Assembly (NCBI GenBank): GCA_032718475.1
Contig: JAUCBJ010007165.1
Span: 15,094-79,093, forward strand
DNA from: Nemertoderma westbladi
Taxonomy: Eukaryota; Animalia; Xenacoelomorpha
Length of the DNA stretch: 64,000 bases
Direction of reading: 5' to 3'
The notes beneath the pieces were generated by a model, which did not search any database, was not told where the DNA came from, and worked only from the letters and a program-made list of their open reading frames with translations. The position numbers were made by a program, and so were the translations under genes. Each line of letters starts with the position of its first letter. The first letter of the stretch is position 1. Shown in pieces: positions 36,101-48,618 of the stretch.

Positions 36101-36958
36101 CTGGAGACATTAGAGAAACGACCTACTCAACCGCAACCACTTCAGACCTATGCGGTAAGAACTAGAGTAGGTTGGTACCTTACTGGACCTTCCCGTAGAA
36201 CGCTCAGGGAAAGACTGCTTCAAGATCGCGTCTGCCAGGTGAGTGAATGGGAAGATGATACTAGTGAGGGAGACGACCCAACTGAGGGAACACCACACTC
36301 CTCAGATAATGACAATCTTAGCTCCAATGTAGATCAATGGAGATATTGCCCCAAGAAGTTTAATCCAACTGACATCGCTTCCAGAGGAGCAACTCCTCAA
36401 GAACTGACAGATACTACAGACCGGTTAGGTGAACCCGACTTCCTGAGTAAGGAGGATGAATGGCCTCCCCATCTTACTCCGACTGAGATTAGACCAGCCA
36501 AGGGAGCGGAGAAAGTTAAACCTAAAACCCGGACGGGTGGAGCGGAGTTATTGGAACCCGGGATAGATCTGTCGGTATTACATATTGCCAGGGACGACGC
36601 CGTGGATCTGGACCTCCCCACCGCGAGTGGATCCCTCATGAAGATCAGAGAGAGCTCTGGAACATCAGACGTCTCGCAGGGACTCTCACCTCTCCTGCAG
36701 AGAGCGACGGACCACTATAGCTCCTGGAATCGGCTTTGTAAGGCCGTCGTGTACTTAGAGCGATGTTTCTATCGTCACTATTCCAGGACGAAGAGGAAAC
36801 CTGGAATTGTATTCGGGATGCAGCGACTCAATCACCCAGTCGGTCGTTTGTGTTTACCGGAAGGGAATGGAGGACTCTCCGGAAACTGTGGAAGGCAAGA
36901 TTCTCTTCCCACGACCACCTCCCTAATCCTTCAAACATCTAGGGACTCCATAACGTAA
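33128..36958 (+). CDS. BEL/Pao Gag-aspartic protease polyprotein (1276 aa) with only residual RNase H tail; no RT or integrase
   Basis: DUF1759-like KFNGDEMKWLPF..LSNGEKLRCLIECLEG..RYGN; protease ALLDSGSTGTFI, ILIG, TRVGWYLTG; then QWRYCPKKFNPTDIASRG..PDFL..EWP and YSSWNRL. Confidence 0.88.
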   Translation: MTATRQTLSDSLLETTVCFSDRSIEYPRPRSETPPTVRKTTPTVAVSEPRLVEAISQFAKLVKRRRSIIGTRAQVKRDQEAAEPQQPASQELTSQRPDSSSSSDTDERTPECGAKMVDKVYDERPTYEESTDTTSSQEESEGTAEGPRKRDAIDIYLSDYQRFVGDEELRRRLEGLSPNSEGTKLVLDAIDAEMLAANQAKFDELLRINRVQEEQVKKKLIEDKKKIAATLAEAAAKAKAAAAEAKAEAEAKAKAAAAEAKAAAAEAVAEAERRATEETTQLELEYIQENQDCINKQLTASNMQMMNRSTPKRQGYTSSEEGDTTDTEGKGNRSRLSRRKRTFHRQKLPDLPPAVRRQLNNNNLGSTEPTDQIIQIERLPTIVDEPEIIGPVLEITPSVIDTPVLPETTSKFPLHSTKLPVPRRTAQETVQVLDPERNIHGLSPVVPRPPATTLATPASAVEWVDERRRGMDLLLGQMQETVQQFKGTVRESRLELQEVQQSIALKCDKLVNLQKGISPPLVTMCQPVRSEVSHAQGVEPTRIYTASEVETPIVNPIKGNYKPVDNDIPYRPDHNPRNLYTDNSILNNTMAQESFTRQMARTEARQAVKVGEIVKFNGDEMKWLPFNEYYKDNIQNSVLSNGEKLRCLIECLEGSPKSMALKFIGHPDGLRQVWDTLNIRYGNRTNIARYLYAKLMAPRKFLSSGIIEFSDEIQEICRQLDWLGKSHEYQNSMVVGALASTLPKGGVGTRWDKKVLYMMEQQRRDPTMTDLMSFLDREVKLQLLRQSREKTWENKVSEKPVSRRRVTPVCYTDDGESQTSQGEDSGKDTDSDLTLTTSDQQPSWKAPTSNVGIREFPVVQLRVHGPQKSYIVNALLDSGSTGTFIDKELAEVIFAGQPKFRTKLNMSGIMQVWNSTVAADYYIGELSTPQDKLGEYSIRSVKMVAIKNFATTQVEPYNWDGDDHAQQLNIPRFDTDYPGVQILIGQNAHEALETLEKRPTQPQPLQTYAVRTRVGWYLTGPSRRTLRERLLQDRVCQVSEWEDDTSEGDDPTEGTPHSSDNDNLSSNVDQWRYCPKKFNPTDIASRGATPQELTDTTDRLGEPDFLSKEDEWPPHLTPTEIRPAKGAEKVKPKTRTGGAELLEPGIDLSVLHIARDDAVDLDLPTASGSLMKIRESSGTSDVSQGLSPLLQRATDHYSSWNRLCKAVVYLERCFYRHYSRTKRKPGIVFGMQRLNHPVGRLCLPEGNGGLSGNCGRQDSLPTTTSLILQTSRDSIT

Positions 36959-39955
36959 CAACATATGGAGTGGGTGTGTGACTTTATTATTTTATATTAT
37001 TTTATTATTTTTATATTTCTGTATGTAATTTTATTATAATCGTTTTCTTTAATTTTATTCAGTAGAATGTTATTTTAGCGATTATTTAGTAGATTAGTGC
37101 AATATATATTCGCGTTTATTACTTAATTACGTATATATTATATTTAATGCGACGGCAAGAAATAATTATTTTCCTCTTTCCTTACTGTCCGTATCATATT
37201 ATCAATACGTGACTACAGTAAGATGAAATATCCGTACTTATTAAAGTACAATAAAGCCACTACTATATTTAAGTATTATTGGTAGGCAGAGTACTAGGAA
37301 TGCAAAGTTCAGATCCTCGTGTCTCGGCTAAACCAAGCTCTGGGTAGACCTTGGAAACGACTTGCCTCTTCACACTGACATTGCTTCGTGCGATATTGCT
37401 CTCATACCGTATATTAAATAATACATATAGTAGCGTGATGTCCCTTTAACAGTAGCGTATAACGCAAAATAAATCTGTTAAACCCTTTGACCATCTGTAA
37501 TTCTAGTCGATTAAGATATCGCGGCACCCACCGATATACTTGAAAGACAAATTCTAGAATCAGTGGTTAACGTCCCCAGACAAGTTCTGGAATAAATCGG
37601 TGCCCATCTCAAATATTAATTATTTAATATTTGCAAATCTAATAAATCAAAATCTGTAAATTCAGATCCGTCAACAATTCTAGTCAATTAAGATATCGTA
37701 GCATTTACCGATATTCTTAAAAAGACAATTGTCATAGAATTAAGGATCTTGTGTCCCCAGACATATTCTAGAATCAAAATATGTCCATTTAATTATCAAA
37801 TAATAAAATTTCAGGGAATAATTTAAATTCATGCCTTTTAATGAATTTAATAAATTGCCATTTTTGCGCAATTTATAACATTCCCAAAATTCCATTAATT
37901 AATAGATCAAGGGAGCGGAGATTTATCTTATTATGCCTATGAGTGTGCGAAAGTCTCCCAAACATAGTCAATAGCCGATAAAATTCATAAAGTCATGTAT
38001 AAAACCGAACATTGACTATTAAAGAATACTATTAAATAACATCCCAGATCTGTATGCATTGGAATTACTCTAATTCTACCGCTAGCTTTGCATAATGTCA
38101 CCATAGCAACAACCACGCTAGAATTGGAATTGAGTTAAACGAACAATAGAAAGCTTGTCCCATTGAATAGCATAGGGAATAAATAGCGCACTACTAGTAT
38201 CCAAGGATACATAATAATACAGTGACATTCTGGCATTGACTAACGGACAAATGGCCCAAATGTGCGTAGTTGTGACCAGTTGTGTGGTATTTGTGAGTTT
38301 ATAGGTGAATGTTACTGCTAAGGTGTGTTTACAGTAGCTAGTCGCAATCGTAAAAGTAACCTAACTCTCCAAGGAAAACCTGAAGTACATCTAAGCCTTT
38401 GGGACGGACAGTTGAGTGACTTGTGCCGGTTGTCGTTGTCGTTGTGCGGCTACGTCGTTGGCGAAAGTACAGCGGCGACGACACATCGGCGCTGAGGATC
38501 TCGTACTGTCCGGGGTTGATTGGGGTAGGCAGCGACGCCCGCTCGCCTAAATATAAACTCATTATAATATGGATAAACTCATATATAGCAGATATGACGG
38601 AGTTGATAGAAGATGGTCTTGGTATCGGGGAGCGATATACTCTACTTTTACAAGCGTTTGTTGATAGCTTAATACGCGGCGACGTTAGTCCAACTGCTGC
38701 GGAGGACGATGGTCGTTATATCGAACCGCCAATGTCCCAAGAGCAGCTCGCGCGAGTTGGACTATAGAAAATTCGCTGCTCGATATACGCGGCGTAATGG
38801 TATGTATATGGGCTTCTTAACTACTGGTCATCCTATCGATTTACACAATACGGACTATGTCGACTATATATCCTGCCCAGCGGAGTCGGAACCATAAACT
38901 GAAATTCGAATGCAAAAATTCTATTCGAAATCGACTCGAAAGAAAAGACACTAAAGAAACAAATGGACGCGGTAACTCCAACGTATATTTGGAATTCTTG
39001 ATAGAAGCATTGTAACAACAAATAAATATCACCCGCGTTTACCCTACCAGACGTGCGTCTTTGGTATTATTACGATAAATGCCCTAGACCCAACTAATAA
39101 ACGGAAAGACATAAACATCCACGTAAACCGAAACTTGTTGACGTATCACCTATGCTCACTCGGCTCGAACGATCCTGGAGTAAACCTACGATCAGAGTCC
39201 CGGAATACTCGGTCAAACCTCCTCATTCCTTAGTTGGACCTCAGACCTGCGATCCTGGTGGTGTCGCGGATCCTCGCGGACTGTATTCACTGTTCAAAGA
39301 TCTAGTGCTACCCTAACAATTAATCGGTAACACTCCGACAGTGATTTCTAGCTAGCCGCCCATCTTACCTAGCCGGATTGTGACGCGGACACCTAATATC
39401 ACTATCCAACCGTATGGTCGTCCACGTTTAACGCGATACAACCCCTCATCAAGGTGAAGGAGAGCGTTGTACGAAACGAGTTAAACGCTATTCTATAAAG
39501 ATCAAAAGGGAAATCTGCGTTTGTTCAGATAAACGTAAGTTATAACAGTAAGTCCAATCGATAAACGAATTGGCCTTGTCTCAATTCGATTGGGAAATCC
39601 AGAATCTCTAAGAAGTTATCGAACTTGGACGATCCTATTCTCTGCGAGAGTTTTTGGATGAACGTATCCAGCTACGAGCGGAGGAAAATCAGCTCGAGGA
39701 GAAGCATATCGAAACGGCAGATACCTCGACCACAATCCTACACCTTCTGATGCAATCATATTGCATCCTTCACCCAGGAGTTATGGCCCTCCTAGTAAAG
39801 TGGCTCCCCCCAAAGAGAAAAAGACTCTTGCTAGCCTCAAAAAACTGCGTAAACGCCGTCTGCGTAAGAAAGACTAACTGTTTAGAGTATCTTTATGTTT
39901 TAGAAACTGTGATTTTTATATTTTATAGACTGAAAATCCCATTTTCTGGGAGCGG

Positions 39956-41165
39956 TGTAAAAGCTTTTGCTGAATTGTCCGGTTATTTTTCCTTATTTTT
40001 CCCGTAAAATACTCTGTAGTTGGTTTACCAGGCATAAAAAGGCCGTGTCCTTGCTGTACTGGTGTTTTAGCGGACATAAAAGCTATTTCTTCTGTATTTG
40101 TACTTTAGAGGACATAATCCGTAATTCCGTGACGTAAAAGCTCGATACTCTTGAAAACAGTGTCGCTACCATGACGACGGCTAGCAGCTGATATTGCCAC
40201 GTCGACGTTTCTTTGTTTCTTTGTTCTCTCGTTGTTCAGGTTGACCAATCAGAGCGTTTGTTGTCTCTGTGTTGGAGGTATACAGAAACTCAGTAGTTCA
40301 GTGTTATGTTTTGCCCAGAGCCTAAGAACCGGCTTTTGGCACCTCCGTGTTTTCAGTTTTTAGTCCTACACTAGTAGGCTTAATTATAAGGACATATATC
40401 CGTTATCACTGATGTCTGATGACTGATGTCTGCATACTGCATACTGCAGTACTGCATACACTGCATACTGTGTAACACTGTGCATACTTTATATTGTTAT
40501 ACTGCTATTTACTGTCAGTTCTTCATAATATGGTTGATGAATTATTATATTTGGAATAACGACAAATAACCCCGAAAACCCAATATTCTTGATATACCGA
40601 AGGTAAGAGAGAAAGGTTACAGATAAATGATTGCGACCTATGTTGAGTGGTTTGAAGTGAATCTAATGTTATTTGATAGACCCTACATGATTCGGTCCGT
40701 GTTCCTTTTATATGTGACTAAAATCAGTGAAGATCGGCAGATCAGTGTGCAGTATTGTGCAGCATTGTGTATGAGTGAGACTGATAACGAAGCATTTCCT
40801 AAAGAATGCGCCATATATGTGAATTGTAACTAAGCCATATCGTTGTGAGTAGTTTAAGTCATAACTCTGTTTATATAGATAGAGCGCCACGTCCTAAAGG
40901 AACTGTTAATATTTCCCGAAGGTGAATAATATTGTCAGAGATTATATAATACTGTCAGTCGAATAATACATTAGGCTTACATAGCAATAAAATTAAGCCG
41001 TCGAACCCAATCTCCCGGGTATATCCAGCGGGTGAATGATCGCGCACAGATTGGTTTCGACTAGTGTAGTGAATTAAATACTTGTCATAGACTAAAGGTG
41101 ATTTATTATCTAGAAGACATCTTAATTTGGTGGGTTAAACTGCCAAAGGTCTGAAAGCGCGAACA
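39956..41165 (+). repeat. 3' LTR
   Basis: About 99% identical to the 5' LTR by eye (a handful of substitutions and small indels). Confidence 0.93.
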
Positions 41166-41186
41166 AATTTAGTTTCCTTCTATAGG

Positions 41187-41915
41187 TATTACCCCGTCGT
41201 CAAGCGGAATATCTCTTCCCAGTGAATTCTATGTGAATATGTAATAGGTACTCCTTAGGCGGTAGGCCAGAGCGGGCTCCTTAAATACATGCAACTACTG
41301 TATTATAGTGTAGGTCAACTACTGTATAAAACATTTTGCAATCCACAGTGAGTATCGACTGCAATAGGACACAACACACTGCTTTGTGTAACTAAAATTC
41401 ATTCTCCTGATCCACCCCCTAACATAGCAGAGTGAGTAACCTTATTGTAGATATACCCTTAGGAAGCACTGGGAGAGCAATCAGCTTATGGGGTAATACA
41501 TTAGAAACCAACAGCTTATGTGTGAGTAAACATTGCCTTTCCTTATAGCCTACTAGTAAAACTTGGCAACCAACACGTTTTTCTATGACTGTGTATAACA
41601 TATTAAGCCATATTTCATCATGAACACCAGCTGTTATTTTACCATTGCTTTTAATTTCGCGACAAAACAATGTCAAAAAACTAAATATATCGAATACCAC
41701 ACATAGAATCGATCTGAAATTTTGTAACGCGATTATGAACCACCAAAGCAATGTACTTGCAAAATTTCATCAAAATCGCCAGGCAGGAAGTGCCTTAACC
41801 TAGATAATTATCAGTCAGTCAGTATGTCAGTCAGTGTAATGTATCCTGAGATTTTTACAGAAAGTATCCCTGAGATTCTTACAGTAAGTATCCCGCTGTC
41901 AAGCGGGCTCCTAAT
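41187..41915. mobile_element. Possible non-autonomous Helentron-associated (HINE/DINE-1-like) element
   Basis: Related terminal hairpin motifs attaccccgtcgtcaagcggaatat and atcccgctgtcaagcgggctcct; (GTCA)n microsatellite at 41810-41835. Confidence 0.35.
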
Positions 41916-43305
41916 GAAACAATTTACGGTTATGACCTCTCAACCCAGCTCTAGGAGCCAGTGTGAAGAAGTCAGACATCAGTAAATCTAGGGTGTAAAC
42001 GTTACGCCGACAGCCGACAACCGACAACCGATAGCCGACAACCGACAGCCAATAAACAATTTACATACCTCGTACCACGCTGGGGCCTTCTGAACAGAAC
42101 TTCAACAGCTGGCTGATCCGTGTTAAGTCGGATCGTTTCTTCTTCCCCATTACCTGTAATGCATGCATACAGGCTGACAGGCACGTAAATGGACGTACGG
42201 ATTTTGGATAAATGGATGAACGTATGGATTTTCGCGATTGTCAATATAATTAATTATTATTATTATTATAATTAATATTTTTATTATTATCAGTATTATC
42301 GCTACCAACAAGCCCCTCAAGTTCTTCCAGATCTGCTAATGCATAGTATTCAGTTAATGAATTAAATTAAACTTCAATAATCTAAGATAGTTACAAAACT
42401 ATAACATAAACACTAGTAAAACCAAAAACAGATAAAACAGAAAAGATAAACACTAATTTGAACTTCCCTCATAACAAGGTTTTTTATTGCAAAAAATTAT
42501 CCAATCTTTAAACGCATTTTTCTCAGAACTACAGGGTGTGTAGTATGAAATATGTCAGTAGGTATCTTTCTATTGTGACCGCCACCTGTGCTTTGACATT
42601 TAGTGGCTCTAGGTAGGCTTGCATTAGGAAAAATCCAAGTGATTATTCCTAAAGGTTATTACTTTGTTTCCTATTAGGATCCTAATAGGATCCATGGGAA
42701 CTTTATTTGAAAGCGTCACTGTACTTAGAAAGCCGTATGCTAAAGTCTATGCCATACTGTTCCTTTGGATTGTGTAAGGCAAATTTATGTAGAATTTCCA
42801 AGAATAAATATAATAGGCCCCTATGTTCCGCAAAATCAATTGTTATTCCCCATTTACGAGCGGGTTAAATCACTTCTAATAGTGGACTACCTAAAAAATA
42901 TCACTTTTTGCCCACTGGAAAATATCACTGATATTCCCGCGTTGCTATGCAACTGCCTATTATCCTAGGCCAACATTTATTAGCAAATCAGATTGTCAGA
43001 ACATACCTACCGGTACCACAACACATTTTTGTATCATTATCCATTGTATGAAATTGAAAGTACCAGACCGGTACGGTACCCAGCCTGTAGCCAGGCAGTG
43101 GGCTGACCAGACCAAGCTGCTTGGCATGCATAGGCTTAATACTGGTACCTGTCTGTGTGTGGTACTGTACGATTTGTTCATCACTTAATTGCTGTCCGAC
43201 TGCCTGAGGGATAACGCTGCGAAGCTGTGAAGCTATCCTGCCCAAAAACTAGCTAGTAGATAAAATGACCCACTATTTTACAGTCAAACTAGCCAAGTTG
43301 CTCTA

Positions 43306-45001
43306 AAATTTGGGGTATAACTTTTGCGTAGAGGTATAGCCTACATAGAGGCTACATGTAGGTATGTGTAGCCTACATGTAGATGCACGTGTAGGGTGAA
43401 TGTAGGTAGGTGTAGGTAGGTCTTTAAAAACAACAATGATGAATGAATAGGCCTACACGGGGTACCCGGACCCGAACTTCTTCGATGAGATGCGAATGCG
43501 GCGAACGGGGTGGTACCCGGAACAACCACGAAGAGATGCGCATATGGCGGGCGGTGGTACCCGAAACAACCAGGAGGAGATGCGAATACCTCGAATGGGG
43601 GTCCCCTGAATACCCACGAGACGGAGCCTATCAATACTACAGTAGGCTACTGACAAAGGAAAAAACGACTGAACGATATACCGATACATACTGTAGATCT
43701 TATGATCCTGCGGGTTCAGGCATGGAGGCTAATGACTTTGTATGGGCCGAACGGCCCGAACCTGATGTTTCCAGTCAAGGAGGAATCGACTAACGGTTAG
43801 GGTTAGAGCTCGTCGTCGGTGTCCATGAGGTCTGAGGATGAGTGGGTAATTCAACAAAACGCTAACAATGATACCGGACTGACTGATTGAACCAGAGTGG
43901 CGATGGTAGTCGCTGATGTATATATATTATATATATATTATATATATCATGTATTGGTTGTTAGTAGATATTTTTTTATAGTATTTGTTTATTAAATTGT
44001 CTTCAATGTCTATATTGATAATATTGTGTGCTGAGCTGATTTTACTTATTTTTCATTTTATAAATCTTGCTGTGGCCGTTTTAATCTACTAAACGGCCGT
44101 ATCAATTTCATGATATTTTAATGGATATGCAATTTAACTTCTTCTTTCTATTAACTTTCAATGAATCAAATATATAACTGTAAAGCTATTGACTTTCGTG
44201 TTATTGTTTTGCTGTTACTTCGAGATGGGATTTGAATCCCATCGGATTACTGATTAATTCCCATCATCGAGATGGGAATACTTTATAATGAAACAGTGTG
44301 GTGGTCCGCGGGATAGTGGGAAGGGATGGGACTGTTGCTGGTTGGTGGAATGTGACTGCCTGAAAAATTAAAACAAACAAAACTTCCAGACTTCTATATT
44401 TTTACTTTAAAACATTTCAATGCTGAAGTACTGTTCAAGTCCCATGGATGTATGGTTGATAAACAGATAGAGAGGGGCAGAGGGGGGTCAGGGTTTCTGG
44501 TAGACTATAGTCCCCGCGATGATGGCTGTTCTTGTTTAGGTTACTCTTACTCAATAAACATATAAATCAGAACGAGTTAATCTAATGGAACGATGCCTTT
44601 CGTGGCGTTAGCATACTCAAATTTATTAGGGCATAATATTATGACGAGTAAGGGACTTTAGTATAATCAGAACGCGATGTTTGATATTTATACAGTACCG
44701 GTACTGCAGTATGCAGTAAAACCTGTTGTCTGACAGCAGACAGGTCTGCAGGTTGATGTACCGTATTGTACCGTGGAGATCAGAGATTATTGCCATACAT
44801 CCTGATTGACGACCGTGTATCACGTTACTGCAAGTTGACACATTTGACACATAAATTACATTAATATCTATGGGACTACACTGCTACACCTACCTGCCTA
44901 CCTACATTCACCCTACGCGTGCATCTACATGTAGGCTACACATACCTACATGAAGCCTCTATGTAGGCTATACCTCTACGCAAAAGATATACCCAAAATT
45001 T
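43306..45001. mobile_element. About 1.7-kb segment bounded by about 115-bp inverted repeats (MITE/foldback-like)
   Basis: 43306-43422 is the near reverse complement of 44888-45001. Confidence 0.6.
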
Positions 45002-45843
45002 GCCAGCCAAGTTGCTGGTAAAGTTGCCACGTGTAAACAGCTATTAAATTAAGTTGCTCCAAAAAAAGTTGCTAGTTGCCGAGAAAGTTGCTCGAAAAGT
45101 TGCCACGTGTAAACAGGCCTTTAGGCTAGGCCTATTCTATTAAAATAATACTGAAACATTTTTCTTGCCGCACGAAGGAACTTTGTGCATATTATTTATT
45201 TTCTTTACTTATCAAGGAATCAAGTTTTGAAGAAATTTCAAGTTAGAAACACTAGGTGGTGTTGTTAAGCAGCTGTTTTCTTCCAACAGTCCAATGGTAG
45301 TCCTCCTTGTCTTTTGTTTAGCCAATAGAATTGACAGTTTCGTTTACGGTTTCATTGCAGCATTGTGATACCTCAGACTGTACCTTGCTTTACACTTTAT
45401 TATTGGGCTTGGGTTTCGGTAGTCAGGCAGTGCGTATTGCTTCATAGAGTTCATAGTGTACGAATGCCTGAATGCAGTAATGCAGAATGCACAAAACAGC
45501 AAATGGTCATTTTTGGGTCCGTCTGTCCGTGTGGGGTGGGCCTTTGTGCATTTTCAATACGGATTTTAGCCAAATCTGCAAAGTGCAAGCCGTCCCCCTG
45601 GCGCTGGTAGTCTGGGTCGCTGGGTCCTACGAATTATTTACCACAAAATAAGGGGCTACCACCTACCAGGTGCCAGGCTACCGCAACCGCACCGGTACTA
45701 CCTGACTACCGCTTCGGTATGGTACAACGTCTGACGATAGGCTTTATCAGTTTCTGAGTTTATAGGCTTATAAAACTGAAAACTAAAAGTTCTGAAGTTT
45801 CTTCTATCAACTGGTAAAGTCAGATTGATTATTGGGAAACACA

Positions 45844-48618
45844 ATGTCACAAACTGAACGTATTGGTAATAGCGCGGTGGTAAACAATCTTATAGAAGAG
45901 ACAGTGAAGGAAAATGGTAAGCAACAGGAAAAACGAAATGCCATTGACGGAACTACAGGTGATAGCGATACCAAGGACGTTGACATGGAAGAGCAAACTG
46001 CCGCTTCAGACGATGAAAGAGACGGAAATGACAGGAGGGAGGCCGAAGAGTCTGTTAATGAACTGTATTCACAATTAGAGGCTAAAATAAAATTAAGAAA
46101 GGCCAATTTAGAAACCAATTTCCCTGACGATTCATTCTTCAAGACGCTTGACAGCAGCTTAAAGAAAAATACGACATTTGTAAAACGATTAAAAACCTTG
46201 AATGAATCTCTTAAGGATCAGTTGATCAACGACTTTAATAAACTCAATCTCACTAAATACCTTAGTGAGGCCGTTGATTCCCTTATAAATGAATCCCGAC
46301 CGAAGACCTCGGACATCCCGTCGATCTGTTATCTCTGTTCCATGTTCCACCAACGATACGCTGAATTCTCCAGTTCGCTTCTCTCTGCGCTGAACCGCCC
46401 CGCTGAGGGTCGGCGGGACGATAAGTCTCGATCGCGGACCGATATTCGACTAATCTTAGAGTTTACTTCGCTCGGGATAATCTCCGAGAAGGACGGAACC
46501 GCGTTGCTCCAATACATCCTACACTCTATCGTCGGAAGCGATAAAACCGGCGAATGGCTTCCGGTAGTTATTAGTTTGGTGAAGAGCAGTGGGGAGGAGA
46601 TAGCTGGTGTGACACCGCGAAAACATCGGCTACTCACGGAAAAATACCAACTGGAGATACCAACTAGTCGGTTTATCTCCGAGGAAAATAAACAAGTATT
46701 TTTTAATCTTCTTACGAATTACTTCTCTAACTTAACGCAGCGATTGAAGCAGGACCATCACAGATTGCACCAGATGAGTCGCAGCAATCAGACAATATTG
46801 CACAGCAAAGGGGAACTTCCCACGGACAAGAAGGAAGCCTTCGAACGCGTACAGAGTGACTACGCCAAACTGTTGGGGAACCTCGGTACCTTATCGGAGC
46901 TGCTAGATTCCGAGATGCCGGACCTTCCGGACGCCCCAGAACTCATAGAGGCCGAGGCCGCCGGAATGGCGGACCTCCTTCTCGACTCGCAGAGCAACCG
47001 ATTCCCCCAGAGCGTGACGGACCCGATCTGGGAGGACGAAGAGACGCGACAATTCTACAACAGTCTCGTCGACCTCAAGGCCTTCATACCCGGTATTTGT
47101 TTCAAGGATAACGTCGCCGCGCCTGTTGATGAAAATGTTACAGACAACAAAGAGGCAGATGACGCCGGCGATGAGGATGAAGACGAGGAATTTATGGAAG
47201 AAATCGAGGAGGTTGTTGAGGAAGTTAAGGATACAGTTTCGGGTGTCAACTTCGATTTGTTTCTCAGCCATCTCCCTAACTGCGTGAACAACGAGCAGAT
47301 GGACACCTCGGCCGTGGACTTCTGCATGCAATTCAACTCCAAGGGCTACATCCGCCGACTAGCGAAGACACTGTTCTTGGTGCATCGGAACCGATTGGAC
47401 TTACTTCCCTACTACTCCCGCCTCGTGGCAACCCTTAAACCCTGCGTACCAGATGTCGCCACCGATCTCGTTAAGATGCTCAAAAATGAATTCCGTTACC
47501 ACGTAAAGAAGAAAGACCAGATTAACATCGAGTCCAAAATTAAGACAGTCAGGTTCATCGGCGAATTGACTAAGTTCAGGGTGTTTCCGAAGGCGGAGAC
47601 GTTGTTCTGTTTGAAGTTGCTACTCCAAGACTTTCGGCATCACAACATCGAGATGGCGTGCTGTCTGCTGGACACAGCGGGTCGTTTCCTTTACCAGAGC
47701 CCCGACTCCCATCTAAAGATAAAGATCCAACTGGAACAGATGATGAGAATGAAGGCGGCCTTGCATCTGGACAGTCGGTACCTCGCGATGATTGACAGCT
47801 GTTACTACTACTGCAACCCGCCGGAGAGCTCCGGACTGGAGAAGCGGAAACAACGACCCCCGCTCCACGAGTACATCAGGTTCCTCCTGTACAAGGAACT
47901 CTCCAAGACCAACATCGAGAAAGTCCTGCGTCAGATGCGTAAACTGCCGTGGGACGAGCCGGTGGTCTGCGGTTACGCGATAAAGTGCCTCATCCGCGCG
48001 TGGAACGTAAAGTTCAACAACATCCAGTGTCTGGCGTCCCTACTCGCGGGTTTGGCGGTTTATCACGAGGACGTTGGTATAACCGTCGTAGACGCAGTGC
48101 TGGAGGACATCCGGGTTGGCATGGAGATAAACCTCCCTAAACTCAATCAACGTCGCATCGCCGCTGTTAAGTACCTCGGCGAGTTGTACAACTACCGACT
48201 TCTCGACTCTACCGTCGTCTTTAAGGTCCTATACTCGTTCATCACATTCGGTATCTCCCCCGGCGGCAACCCTACTCCGTTAGACCCTCCCGAGAACCTC
48301 CAACGTATCCGTCTCATCTGCGGACTCCTCGACACCTGTGGCCAGTACTTCGACCGCGGATCTAGTCGTCGGAAACTCGATTGCTTCCTCGTCTTCTTCC
48401 AGCGCTACATCTGGTGGAAGAAGGAGACGGAGTTCTGGAAGGAGCGTAAATGGCCGTTGGACGTTGAGTACACGGTGGCTGATACGGTGGAGGCGTTGCG
48501 ACCCAAGGTGCGTCTGTGTGGGAGGGCCAGCGACGCGTTCAGCGCAGCCGAGCTGCTCGAGAAAGAGTTCCTAGAGATTATAGCGCGTCATCTACCGGAC
48601 GTACAATCAACCCGCAAG
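45844..48618 (+). CDS. UPF2: Regulator of nonsense transcripts 2, exon 1 (three MIF4G domains)
   Basis: LDSSLKKNTTFVKRLK, LNLTKYLSEA, IWEDEETRQFY, RLDLLPYYSRLVATL, KKKDQINIESKIKTVRFIGELTKF, LRQMRKLPW, LLDTCGQYFDRGSSRRKLD; AAG|GTAGGT phase-0 donor. Confidence 0.97.

Larger units (their letters stand above)
29656..41165 (+). mobile_element. BEL/Pao-superfamily LTR retrotransposon, non-autonomous, 11.5 kb
   Basis: Two 1.21-kb TG...CA direct repeats; purine-rich gggagcgg just before the 3' LTR; Pao-type Gag/protease ORF. Confidence 0.9.
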
